Source: Pyrobaculum calidifontis JCM 11548
GTDB lineage: Archaea; Thermoproteota; Thermoprotei; Thermoproteales; Thermoproteaceae
NCBI RefSeq assembly: GCF_000015805.1
Contig: NC_009073.1
Location: 1,800,001 to 1,832,000, forward strand
DNA: 32,000 nt
Direction of reading: 5' to 3'
Below, piece after piece: positions 7,687 through 16,107 of this stretch; position 1 is the first letter of the stretch; each line of letters starts with the position of its first letter. A program made the position numbers and the translations under genes. The notes under the pieces are model-generated. The model was not told the DNA's origin and ran no database searches. It saw only the letters and a program-made list of their open reading frames with translations.

Positions 7687-10111
7687 AGGGCGGCGGAATG
7701 GCGTTTATGAGGCCTAGGTAGAATGTGGAGAAGAGGAGAACCCATATCCCGTCGACGAAGTGCCAGTAGTACTCGGCAGCCTCAACGCCCTGCGGCCTCC
7801 TCGGGCCCCAGTAGCCGAGGCGCACCATCACGGCCACCACGGCCCAGAAAACTAGGCCTATTATTACGTGGAAGCCGTGGAGCGTGACCAATGTGTAGAA
7901 GTAGTTGGCGACTATGGACGAACCAGGCGCAAAGCCGTGGTGCATGAGCTCTGGATATTCGGCAAAGAACTGGCCCGCGGCGAAGAACAGGCCTAGGCCC
8001 ATGGTCGCGGCCAGCCACCCGTAGAAGCGGCCGAGAGAGCCTGAGAGAAGGGCCCTCCTCGCCGCCATGGCCGTGAAGCTACTCGACCACAAGGCTATGG
8101 ACATGGCGATGGACAAGGGGCCCAGCAGGGGCGGGAGGTGCTCAGCCGCGGCAGTCCACTTGTCGTAGAGCACGACCCTTGCGTAGTAGGCCGAGCTGAT
8201 CAACGTGGCAAATATGACGAACTCTGAGAATATTACCCAGCCCACAGACGCCTTTAGGTCGCCCCAGACGCTGGGAGGCTTGGGTATCTCGAAGTGGGCC
8301 GCCCCGTCCATGTGCCTCATCTTAAGCCAGTTGCCCACGAGGTCGAATCTCAGCCAGGCAACTCCAAAGGCTAGAAATACGCCCAGAGCCAAAATGCCCA
8401 TGGGCATGCCGCCTGTGAAAAGGCCGGAGTTGGCCACAATGGGCGAGTAGCCTTTGAGTAGGGACAGCACGCCGAAGGGCACCAGTATCATGGCGTTACC
8501 GAAGATGAACGGCCATGGGTTAGGTTCGTGGTGCGTCTTGACCAGCGGCGGAACCACGTCGGGCAGGCCTATTTTGGCCGTTCCCCATGGGTCTTCTCTG
8601 TTTTTCACAGGCCTGCCGTTGAACAAGCTCCACACGATGTTAAAGAAGAGGAGGGCAATCCCTGCCGTTAGGACAAATGTGAACACGGTCATTGCGGCGT
8701 GGTAGGGGTAGAGGTCGGGCGTGGGCGCCCCAGCGTAGCGCCTCGGCGAGCCGAGGACCCCCGCGGCGGCCATCAGGGTGTACGTGGCGAAGCCGCCCAC
8801 AGTTATCAATGCCCAGCTTATCTTAGCCGCCCCCTCGTGGTACCACCTCCCAGTGAGGTGGGGGAAGTAGTACAGCAGGGCGCCGAAGGCGGCGAAGGCG
8901 ATGGCGTTGACTATGTAGTGGAAGTGGCCGATGACGAAGTAGGTGTCCTGCAGGTGCAGGTCGAGGGTCACCACGGGGAAGAAGACCCCAGTGACGCCGC
9001 CTACTATGAAGAAGAGGAGGAAGGTCAACATGAAGAGCATGGGGGCCTTCAGCCTTATGCGCCCGCCGTAGAGGGTCGCCACCCAGTTGAACACCTTGAC
9101 CCCCGACGGTATGGCCACCGCCATGGTGGTTATGGCAAAGGCTATCCTAGGCGCGTAGTCCTGCACCGCGGTAAACATGTGGTGCATCCAGACGGCGAAG
9201 CTTATAGACGCTATGGCCACAGATGAGATGGCAATGGCGGTGTAGCCGTAGGCCCTCCGACCCGCCATACGCTGTATAATCTCAGAGACAAGCCCCATGG
9301 CTGGGAGCACCAAGATGTAGACCTCGGGGTGGCCAAAGAACCAGAAGATGTGTTGCCAAAGCCTCGGGTCGCCGATTGGCTGGTCAAAGAAGGCCATGCC
9401 CAAGTGGCGCTCGAGGATGAGCATTATGGAGCCAACCGCCAGAGGCGGCAGGGCGGCCACCATCAAGAGTGAGGCGGCAAGTATAGACCAGGCAAAGAGG
9501 GACATGTCCAACATGGGTATGTCCGGCCTACGCAGACGCGTAATTGTAAGTATGAAGTTTATACCAGTCAGCGTGGAGGAGAAGCCGCCTATGATTATGC
9601 CGAAGAGTATCAGATCTACGCCAATTGATTGAGACCTAGTGGAGAGCGGGGCGTAGAGGGTCCACCCGGGGGCGTCTCCCTGTTGCCAGAAGAGGGCGCC
9701 GCTCCAGAAGAGGATGGTGGCGGGCACCTGCATCCAGAAAGAGAGGGCGTTTATCCGAGGCCAGTAGAGGTCAGGCGCGCCTATGAGCTTGGGAACAAGC
9801 AAATTGCCCAGTCCCACGACGGCCTGCGTGGCGAATAGGAGCAACATGGCAAGGCCGTGGAGAGACATAGCCCAGTAGTAGAGCCGGTCTGGGAACTCAG
9901 CAGGCGTGGGAGAGCCGGGCGGAGTTGCGGCAATGGTGAGCCTCATGTAGAAGGCCATGACGCCAGCCAACACGAAGTTTATGACGGACAGCGTTATGTA
10001 CATGATGCCTATCTTGTGGGCATCCGTCGTAGTTAAATAGTCGAGAAGCTTCTCCAACACATGCATGTGGTCTAGTGTGTCCTTCTTTAAAAATTTTCTT
10101 CCAAAAAACAA
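7670..10111 (-). CDS. heme-copper oxidase, fused subunit I + subunit III (SoxM/AoxB-like, A-type)
   Basis: Subunit I ligand motifs: WFFGHPEVYILVLP, WMHHMF, GHFHY. Subunit III-like C-terminal part: TLHGFHVIIG, YYWHFVDGIWV. Start is either TTG 10111 or ATG 10066. Confidence 0.95.
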   Translation of the reverse strand: MFFGRKFLKKDTLDHMHVLEKLLDYLTTTDAHKIGIMYITLSVINFVLAGVMAFYMRLTIAATPPGSPTPAEFPDRLYYWAMSLHGLAMLLLFATQAVVGLGNLLVPKLIGAPDLYWPRINALSFWMQVPATILFWSGALFWQQGDAPGWTLYAPLSTRSQSIGVDLILFGIIIGGFSSTLTGINFILTITRLRRPDIPMLDMSLFAWSILAASLLMVAALPPLAVGSIMLILERHLGMAFFDQPIGDPRLWQHIFWFFGHPEVYILVLPAMGLVSEIIQRMAGRRAYGYTAIAISSVAIASISFAVWMHHMFTAVQDYAPRIAFAITTMAVAIPSGVKVFNWVATLYGGRIRLKAPMLFMLTFLLFFIVGGVTGVFFPVVTLDLHLQDTYFVIGHFHYIVNAIAFAAFGALLYYFPHLTGRWYHEGAAKISWALITVGGFATYTLMAAAGVLGSPRRYAGAPTPDLYPYHAAMTVFTFVLTAGIALLFFNIVWSLFNGRPVKNREDPWGTAKIGLPDVVPPLVKTHHEPNPWPFIFGNAMILVPFGVLSLLKGYSPIVANSGLFTGGMPMGILALGVFLAFGVAWLRFDLVGNWLKMRHMDGAAHFEIPKPPSVWGDLKASVGWVIFSEFVIFATLISSAYYARVVLYDKWTAAAEHLPPLLGPLSIAMSIALWSSSFTAMAARRALLSGSLGRFYGWLAATMGLGLFFAAGQFFAEYPELMHHGFAPGSSIVANYFYTLVTLHGFHVIIGLVFWAVVAVMVRLGYWGPRRPQGVEAAEYYWHFVDGIWVLLFSTFYLGLINAIPPPYAAGA

Positions 10112-10123
10112 CAGAATTGGAAA

Positions 10124-10579
10124 TTAGCCAACAACTATCAACTTGGCGAGCATGAGGTAGTGCTTTGCGCCGCAGTACTCCGCGCAGAGTATGTTGTAGA
10201 CGCCGGGCTTGTCCACCTGAAGCCACATGGTGTACCAGAAGCCCGGCACCGCGTCGTACTTAATGCCGAGCTCTCTTATGTAGAAGGAGTGCACCACGTC
10301 TAAGGAGGTTATTTCCAACTTGTACAACTTCCCCCTCTCTATCACCAGCTCGTTGAAGGTCTTGGTACCGTTTGGATATTCAAACACCCACGAGAACTGG
10401 CGCCCGTAGACCTTTATCACCTCGTACCCCCCTGTGCCAAATGCGGCCTTGCCCGCCGTCTTGCCGTAGTTGTCTACCGCGTACAGCCCCACCGCCGTTA
10501 TGTAGGCTAAGAAGCCCAAGATGGCGGCGGCGCCGAAGATGGTCAAATACTCAAGGACCTTCCCCCTCTCCATGGTCAC
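10124..10579 (-). CDS. heme-copper oxidase subunit II, cupredoxin domain with CuA site (TM2 + soluble domain)
   Basis: CuA motif VVHSF...CAEYCGAKHYLM. One N-terminal TM helix (LEYLTIFGAAAILGF) resembling the canonical E-x-x-W-T TM2. Confidence 0.9.
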   Translation of the reverse strand: MTMERGKVLEYLTIFGAAAILGFLAYITAVGLYAVDNYGKTAGKAAFGTGGYEVIKVYGRQFSWVFEYPNGTKTFNELVIERGKLYKLEITSLDVVHSFYIRELGIKYDAVPGFWYTMWLQVDKPGVYNILCAEYCGAKHYLMLAKLIVVG

Positions 10580-10799
10580 CCGCCCTGAACTTTACTGTGA
10601 AGTACACCATGGCGCCTATGAATATACTGGCCACGACGCCCGCCGCCACGACAACGGCGGTGTACGCGTCAAATATGACCTGGGAGATGTAGGAAGCGGG
10701 CTCAAAGGGAGGCTTCCCGAAGTTTACCACGTACAGCCACGCCAGCAGTACCAATGTGCACACAGCTGTGAGCAAGAGGTAATCTTTCTTCGAAAACAT
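10551..10799 (-). CDS. 82-aa membrane protein resembling the CoxII N-terminal TM1 region (split or frameshifted CoxII)
   Basis: The second helix ends in FTVKFR, like the CoxII TM1 ...kyR. Overlaps the CoxII ORF by 29 nt in another frame. TATA box about 23 nt upstream of ATG 10799. Confidence 0.55.
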   Translation of the reverse strand: MFSKKDYLLLTAVCTLVLLAWLYVVNFGKPPFEPASYISQVIFDAYTAVVVAAGVVASIFIGAMVYFTVKFRAGDHGEGEGP

Positions 10800-10848
10800 G
10801 TGCGAGAGAACTCAAAAGTTAAAAAATTTACCTTTTAGCGCACAGGCG

Positions 10849-11688
10849 TTAGTGCAACACTAGGGCGATTAGGAAGAGGGCTAGGGCGGGGGACGAGGCC
10901 TTGAACATCTTCCAGAAGGCGTCGTCGCTCTTTTTCACAAGGGCCAGCGCGCTTGTGTACAAGGTGAGGCCCACCGCGGGGGCCACAAACACATAGCCGA
11001 GGGGATCTCCCCCGAAGAGCACATAGAGGAACGCCATGTACAACGCCGACGCTATGTTCAAGAGCGAAATGGCCACCACCGCGGTGCGCTGGTCGACTAC
11101 TGTGGAGAACATGGGGACACCCGCCCGCCTGTAGTCCTCTCTGTACCTATACGCCAGAGACCATATGTGCGCCGGGATCCAGAGATATACGGCGAAGGAC
11201 ATCAAGACGCCGGGCCAGTCCAACGTCCCCCTCCCGAAGACGTAGCCGGTGAGGAATGAGGCGTTGCCCGCGAATCCCCCCGCCAAGACGTTGAGCCAGC
11301 TCCTCCGCTTCAGCCACACAGTGTAAACCACGACGTAGGAAAACCACCCCAGCACGACAAAAAGCGTCGGGAGAGGCCCCAGCCACGCGAGGCTGAGCAA
11401 GACGCCTAGGGCCGAAACGGCCGAGGCATAGGCAAACGCAGCCCCCACCGAGACCAACCCCCTGGGCAACGGCCGCGCCGCAGTCCTCGACATCAACGCG
11501 TCGATGTCTCTCTCAAATACGTGGTTAAAGGCGGCGGCCCCCCCGGACGACAAGACGCCCACCACCACCAACGCCAAGAGACTCCCCCAATCCACCACCG
11601 GCGCCGCATATACATAGCCAGCGACACTCGCCAATACCAAAAGCCAAATAACCCGCGGCTTCAAAAGCACTAGATAAGGCTTAACCAT
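10849..11688 (-). CDS. ctaB: protoheme IX farnesyltransferase (heme O synthase)
   Basis: UbiA-family motif [21 protein letters not shown]. About 9 TM helices. TATA AGTATATAAGG about 28 nt upstream. Confidence 0.9.
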
Positions 11689-11750
11689 GGGGGAAGTGAA
11701 ATATTACCTTATATACTTAAACTCGAAACAAGGCCGTTTTTGTATAAAAC

Positions 11751-12308
11751 TCACTTCGACGCGGCCATCTTCATCAATTCCACTAGGGCTGGGACGTATT
11801 CTTTTTCCCACTGGTCGCCGTATAGGGACTTGTAGGCGGCTATCTGCGCCGTCATGGTGGTGGCGTACTGCGGGGGCTGGGTGAGGAATTTGGCCAAGAG
11901 CTCGGCCGCCTTCGCCGGATCTGAGGCGGGGTTTTGAAGGCCGTTCTCCTTGTAGTATCTCCCAAGCCACTGAGACTGAGAGTCTAACAACGCCTTACTC
12001 AAGTCTGGCCCCACATTCCCCCCAGACACGCCAAGAGACTTAATCGAGTGACAAGCCACACACCCAACCTCCTTGAAAAAGGAAAGGCCCTTGTTGGCCA
12101 ACTCGGCGTTGTATAACGGCGCAGAAGGCGGTTGCTCGGTAGTTTGAGGCTGTTGAGTCTGAGTAGTAGTCTGCGTTGGCGAGGGGGAAGTGGTTGGGGA
12201 GGGGTGCGTTGGGGTCTGGGTGGCGGGGGTGCCTAAGCCCACTAAGGCCAGCGCCGCGACTACGACTATTATAACCACGGCGATTATTATCACCAGAGAT
12301 GTTTTCAT
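11751..12308 (-). CDS. membrane-anchored mono-heme c-type cytochrome
   Basis: N-terminal TM anchor, T/P/Q-rich linker, then heme-binding GCVACHS followed by GPDL, as in class I cytochromes c. Confidence 0.8.
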   Translation of the reverse strand: MKTSLVIIIAVVIIVVVAALALVGLGTPATQTPTHPSPTTSPSPTQTTTQTQQPQTTEQPPSAPLYNAELANKGLSFFKEVGCVACHSIKSLGVSGGNVGPDLSKALLDSQSQWLGRYYKENGLQNPASDPAKAAELLAKFLTQPPQYATTMTAQIAAYKSLYGDQWEKEYVPALVELMKMAASK

Positions 12309-12326
12309 TAAATATTCGATATCTAT

Positions 12327-12340
12327 ACTTTTTTAAAAAC
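12327..12340 (-). promoter_or_regulatory. BRE/TATA element (GTTTTTAAAAAAGT) for the cytochrome c gene
   Basis: About 20-30 nt upstream of the ATG at 12308. Confidence 0.5.
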
Positions 12341-12404
12341 GTTTCTTCTAAGGTGGGCCATTTGCTTCGGCGCTGAGAGAAGTGGGGGAAAACGGGGATT
12401 AAGC

Positions 12405-13151
12405 CTATCTCCTCTTAGCCAAAGCCGCCACGACAGCTGCGCCGACGGCCGTGATCATGATCAACGTGGTAGAGATGGCAGGAGGTGTTGCCGTCGTGGG
12501 CTGTGACGTCGGCGTGGGAGCGGAGTAGCCGCACCTTCTCTCTGCTATGTCTATTAGGTACTTGGCGAGGGTTTCTGGGGATGGGAGGCCTCTTACTCTG
12601 CCTAGGATTTTTCCGTCTTTTACCACGATCCAGTCTACGCTGTGGACTATGTAGGGGCCTGTGGGTCTCTGTTCCACGTACCTATAGACGCCGTATGCCG
12701 ACCACACTCTCTCCAGTGTCTTCGGGTCGCCTGTGAGAAAAGTCCAGTTGTACCTATTGCCCGTCGAATATGCATATAGGCGCCTTGGCGTATCTCTCTC
12801 GGGGTCTAGAGAGACGTCTAAGACAGCCCCTATATAGCCCCTTATCATCGGCAGAGTGCGGTTGAGGACGAGGTGCATTGTGGGGCACACGTCTGGGCAC
12901 CAGCTGTAGGTGAAGGTGATTAGGACGGGCCTAGACCAGAGCTCTGAGAGAGTGACGGTGCGGTTGAACTGGTCTACTAGGGTAAAGTCGGCGGCGGCTG
13001 GCTCCTGGCCTGGGATGTAGCACGTGGGGACAATCCGCTCAAATAGGCCGCTGTGCTCCTCGGCGGTGGTCTGTCCAGACTGCATGACGAGGGCGACGAC
13101 AAAGGGGAGAACTATGGCTACTGCGAGTAGGATAAGAGACCGGGTGGACAT
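12405..13151 (-). CDS. Sco1/SenC thioredoxin-fold copper chaperone with C-terminal anchor
   Basis: FTYSWCPDVCP (CxxxCP) plus a downstream His (YIVHSVD). N-terminal TM helix, T/P-rich linker, and C-terminal TM helix ending in KRR. Confidence 0.85.
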   Translation of the reverse strand: MSTRSLILLAVAIVLPFVVALVMQSGQTTAEEHSGLFERIVPTCYIPGQEPAAADFTLVDQFNRTVTLSELWSRPVLITFTYSWCPDVCPTMHLVLNRTLPMIRGYIGAVLDVSLDPERDTPRRLYAYSTGNRYNWTFLTGDPKTLERVWSAYGVYRYVEQRPTGPYIVHSVDWIVVKDGKILGRVRGLPSPETLAKYLIDIAERRCGYSAPTPTSQPTTATPPAISTTLIMITAVGAAVVAALAKRR

Positions 13152-13181
13152 GTAAAAAAGGGAGGTTTTTGCCTTAAAAGT

Positions 13182-14864
13182 TTAGCTAGTCGTCACAGGG
13201 GCGCCTGTGAGCGGGTTGTAGGGCGGGGCTGGGCTCAAGCCTCTGGAGTACACCTCTATCGCTGGCAGCGAGTAGGCGATTACGATCAGCACTAGGCCTA
13301 TCAATATTACGAGGCCCAGCTTGTCGAAGAATGTGGCGCGGTCGGGGTCTGGGGATATCTTCACCTCGCCGCCGCTCAGTCTCACCCTGGGGCCTGCAAA
13401 TATTGTGGCAAAGGTCAGCAGTAGGAACAGGGCGCCTCCCAGCGCGAAGGTGACGCCGCCCACTGCGCCGAGCTGGAGGAGCGGAATCCAGTCGGGCACG
13501 AAATGGGCGCCTTGCGTCAAGTCGGGGTTCTGCAGATAGGGCGGCAGATAGGTCCTCCGCGGCGCTCCATATATTCCCGCCAGGTGGTAGGCGAAGCCGA
13601 AGATGAGCTGGCCTATGAACCACAGCGTGGGCACCGCGATCAAGAGCCTCTTGGCCACGTAGTCTCTGCCAAACAAGAGCGGCACCAGCAGGAAGGAGGT
13701 GGAGATGAATGTCAGCGTCACGCCGCCGCCCACCGTCAAGTGGAAGTGGCCCACTATCCAGGCGGTGTTGTGCACCATATAGTTCACGTTAAAGGAGGCG
13801 TTAACCACGCCGGAGAAGCCAGCAATTCCAAAGAGGATTATGGCAAAGGTTATGCCGGTGAAGACAGGGTCTTTGCCCCAGGGCAACGCGGTTATCCAGC
13901 CGAAGAGGCCCTTCCCACCCCTGGCCCTGCCCGCCCTCTCCAGAGTGGCTACTATGTTAAAGGCCGTGAGGAAGCTGGGCACAGCCACCACGTACGTGAG
14001 CACCGTGTGCAAATACTTGTACACCGGGTGGACGCCCGGGTCTACGAACTGGTGGTGCAGGCCCACCGGGGTGGAGGCTATTAGGTAGAGGAAGAAGGCG
14101 GCCTTGGCCATGGTCTTGCTGAACACCTCCACGCCGAGCACTCTGGGCAAGATGGTGTACCATACAGTCACCGCGGGCACTAGCCAGAAGTAGACCAGCG
14201 GGTGGCCAAAGTACCAGAACCACAGCCTCCACTCCAAGACGTCTACTGGGGCGTTGGAGCCGAAGAGGGCCATGGGGAGAGACCTGAACAACACGGCGTA
14301 TGCCAGCGGCGGAGTGGCGTAGAGCCATATCATCACGGTGGTGAACACGCCGTAGACGCCCAGAGGCACCTCCTTGTCTCTATTAGCGGCCTTCCATTTG
14401 AAAATGGCGTGCAAGATGGCGGCGCCGAACAGCCAAGTGCCTATAAGCAAGACGGCTAGGCCTATGAAGAAGAGGGGCGAGGCGTACAGCGGCGGGTAGA
14501 AGGTGTAGAGCACTGCGGCCTCTCCTCTGAGAATCTCCACAGCCGCCATTAGAGTGCCGAGAACGGCCAAGACGCAGGCAGAGCGGAGGAGCACCGGGTT
14601 CAGCCTCATGTCGAGCTCCCGCGTCACCACGAACACGGCAAGGCCCATTATGAAGAACGCCGTCCACAATATCGCCAAGGCAGTGCCGTGTAGCGTCAGC
14701 CCGCTGTAGTAGAGCTCGGGCGTCTCCAACTGCGGCATGCCGGGGGCCCTGGACAACACTTGCAGAAATCCAAAGAGGCCGCCCAGCAGAAGCATTATGT
14801 AGCTAAACGTTATCGCCACCTTGGCGAATCTGTCCTCGAATACAAACTTTGTTGTAGTAGCCAT
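13182..14864 (-). CDS. heme-copper oxidase subunit I, B-type (ba3/SoxB-like)
   Basis: WYFGHPLVYFWLVPA, GLHHQF, GHFHLTV. The YFWL(V/L)P signature is typical of B-family enzymes. Confidence 0.95.
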   Translation of the reverse strand: MATTTKFVFEDRFAKVAITFSYIMLLLGGLFGFLQVLSRAPGMPQLETPELYYSGLTLHGTALAILWTAFFIMGLAVFVVTRELDMRLNPVLLRSACVLAVLGTLMAAVEILRGEAAVLYTFYPPLYASPLFFIGLAVLLIGTWLFGAAILHAIFKWKAANRDKEVPLGVYGVFTTVMIWLYATPPLAYAVLFRSLPMALFGSNAPVDVLEWRLWFWYFGHPLVYFWLVPAVTVWYTILPRVLGVEVFSKTMAKAAFFLYLIASTPVGLHHQFVDPGVHPVYKYLHTVLTYVVAVPSFLTAFNIVATLERAGRARGGKGLFGWITALPWGKDPVFTGITFAIILFGIAGFSGVVNASFNVNYMVHNTAWIVGHFHLTVGGGVTLTFISTSFLLVPLLFGRDYVAKRLLIAVPTLWFIGQLIFGFAYHLAGIYGAPRRTYLPPYLQNPDLTQGAHFVPDWIPLLQLGAVGGVTFALGGALFLLLTFATIFAGPRVRLSGGEVKISPDPDRATFFDKLGLVILIGLVLIVIAYSLPAIEVYSRGLSPAPPYNPLTGAPVTTS

Positions 14865-14899
14865 AAGTATAAGAGAATTGGAATTTAAAAATTTTTCGT

Positions 14900-15376
14900 T
14901 TAAGAGGACCTCTCAATTATTACGTAGCCATACATGTTTTGATGTCCAGCACCGCAGTACTCGTTGCAGATCATTAGATACGTCCCCTTGGCGTTGGGCG
15001 GGACTCTCCAAGTGATCTCAGCCACGTAGCCTGGGAAAACCATCACGTTGACGTTAGTCCCCACTATCTGGAAGCCGTGGATCACGTCGACTGAGGTAAG
15101 CCTAAACTTCACCTCCACTGGATCCTTGAGCACTATCTTGTTGGGAAACCACGACCACATCTTGCCAATCAGCGTGACCTCGTACTTGCCGGGGGCCACC
15201 TCTCTCACCCCAGGCTTCAGCTCCTCTAGCGCGCGCTGGGGGTTGACCATCTGCACATCGCCGCCGGGGACCTGTAGCCCAATTACCCAGGCGGCGTAGG
15301 CCAGAGCCGCCAGGAATACGACTACCATGGCTGCGACGATGCCGGCCCAGATCTTCTCCTCCTTGTGAATCGTCAT
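14900..15376 (-). CDS. B-type oxidase subunit II (CuA)
   Basis: VIHGF...CNEYCGAGHQNM, very close to the Thermus ba3 CuA motif as recalled. ATG 15376 is preferred over the ORF-track start at TTG 15388. Confidence 0.9.
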   Translation of the reverse strand: MTIHKEEKIWAGIVAAMVVVFLAALAYAAWVIGLQVPGGDVQMVNPQRALEELKPGVREVAPGKYEVTLIGKMWSWFPNKIVLKDPVEVKFRLTSVDVIHGFQIVGTNVNVMVFPGYVAEITWRVPPNAKGTYLMICNEYCGAGHQNMYGYVIIERSS

Positions 15377-15377
15377 A

Positions 15378-15497
15378 CTACCCCACAATGCCTCTACTCA
15401 GCGTTATTGCATATATGACAAACCACAGCACCGCGAATATTGCGCCATAGATCAAAATAGTCGCCAGAGCACCCCTCGCCTCTACTTCTTCTGGCAT
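15378..15497 (-). CDS. 39-aa single-helix protein, ba3 subunit IIa-like (not in ORF track)
   Basis: Hand translation gives MPEEVEARGALATILIYGAIFAVLWFVIYAITLSRGIVG. Its stop lies 1 nt before the subunit II ATG. TATA ACTTTAAAAA (15519-15528) sits about 22 nt upstream of its ATG. Confidence 0.7.
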   Translation of the reverse strand: MPEEVEARGALATILIYGAIFAVLWFVIYAITLSRGIVG

Positions 15498-15681
15498 GTT
15501 ATACCCGAAAACCTTTCATTTTTAAAGTTTTTCCCATATCAAAACAAAACATTTTTCTTGATCTATACAGAATAAAACTTTACATTTATATTTACTTTTA
15601 TATTCATATGTGTTAGATTATGTGCTCATGTACATGCGCTTGTTTTGAGAAAAGCTTTTTTGTAGTAGACTTTTTGATCCC
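15498..15681. promoter_or_regulatory. A+T-rich divergent promoter region between the ba3 operon and the PCuAC operon
   Basis: 184 bp, far more A+T-rich than its surroundings. TATA ACTTTAAAAA (minus, 15519-15528) and AAAAGCTTTTTTG (plus, about 15650-15662). Perfect 10-nt palindrome CATGTACATG at 15627-15636. Confidence 0.6.
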
Positions 15682-16107
15682 ATGCGCTTGAATTTCCCCC
15701 TGCTCCTCTTGGCCTTGGCCGCCTTCGCGCTGGCGGCCTTTTTAGCGTTTGCAAAGCCGTATGTTAAAGACGCCTACCTCACCTTTGTGCCCCCCGACAT
15801 GGGGATGGTCTTGTTTACCTTTGTCAACCCATCGCCCCGGCCCGTGTGCATCGTGGAGGTCTCCGTCGGCGGCAGGCCCGCGGAGCTTCACAAGACGGAG
15901 TTTAACGGCACTCACGCGGCCATGGTGCCCGTGGACAGAGTATGCGCGGGGCCCTTCTCCACTCTCCAGTTCACCACCTTGGGGTACCACGTCATGTTCT
16001 ACGGCAACGCCTCGCGCGTAGCGGACGTGGTGCTCCGCCTAGACGACGGGTCCGCCATATCCTTTGTCGCAGAGTTTAGGGAAGCCGGCGGCGTCCATGT
16101 ACATTAG
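15682..16107 (+). CDS. PCuAC-type periplasmic Cu(I) chaperone (DUF461)
   Basis: Signal peptide plus an exact H-x10-M-x21-H-x-M spacing: H KTEFNGTHAA M, then 21 residues, then HVM. Confidence 0.8.
   Translation: MRLNFPLLLLALAAFALAAFLAFAKPYVKDAYLTFVPPDMGMVLFTFVNPSPRPVCIVEVSVGGRPAELHKTEFNGTHAAMVPVDRVCAGPFSTLQFTTLGYHVMFYGNASRVADVVLRLDDGSAISFVAEFREAGGVHVH

Noticed and set aside
8699-9226. Long plus-strand ORFs antisense to the oxidase genes: 8699-9226, 13503-14084, 9348-9632, 13840-14088 and similar.
   Set aside because: They lie entirely inside strongly supported minus-strand genes. Their Arg/Gly/Pro/His-rich composition is typical of shadow frames in high-GC DNA. They have no promoter-like elements.
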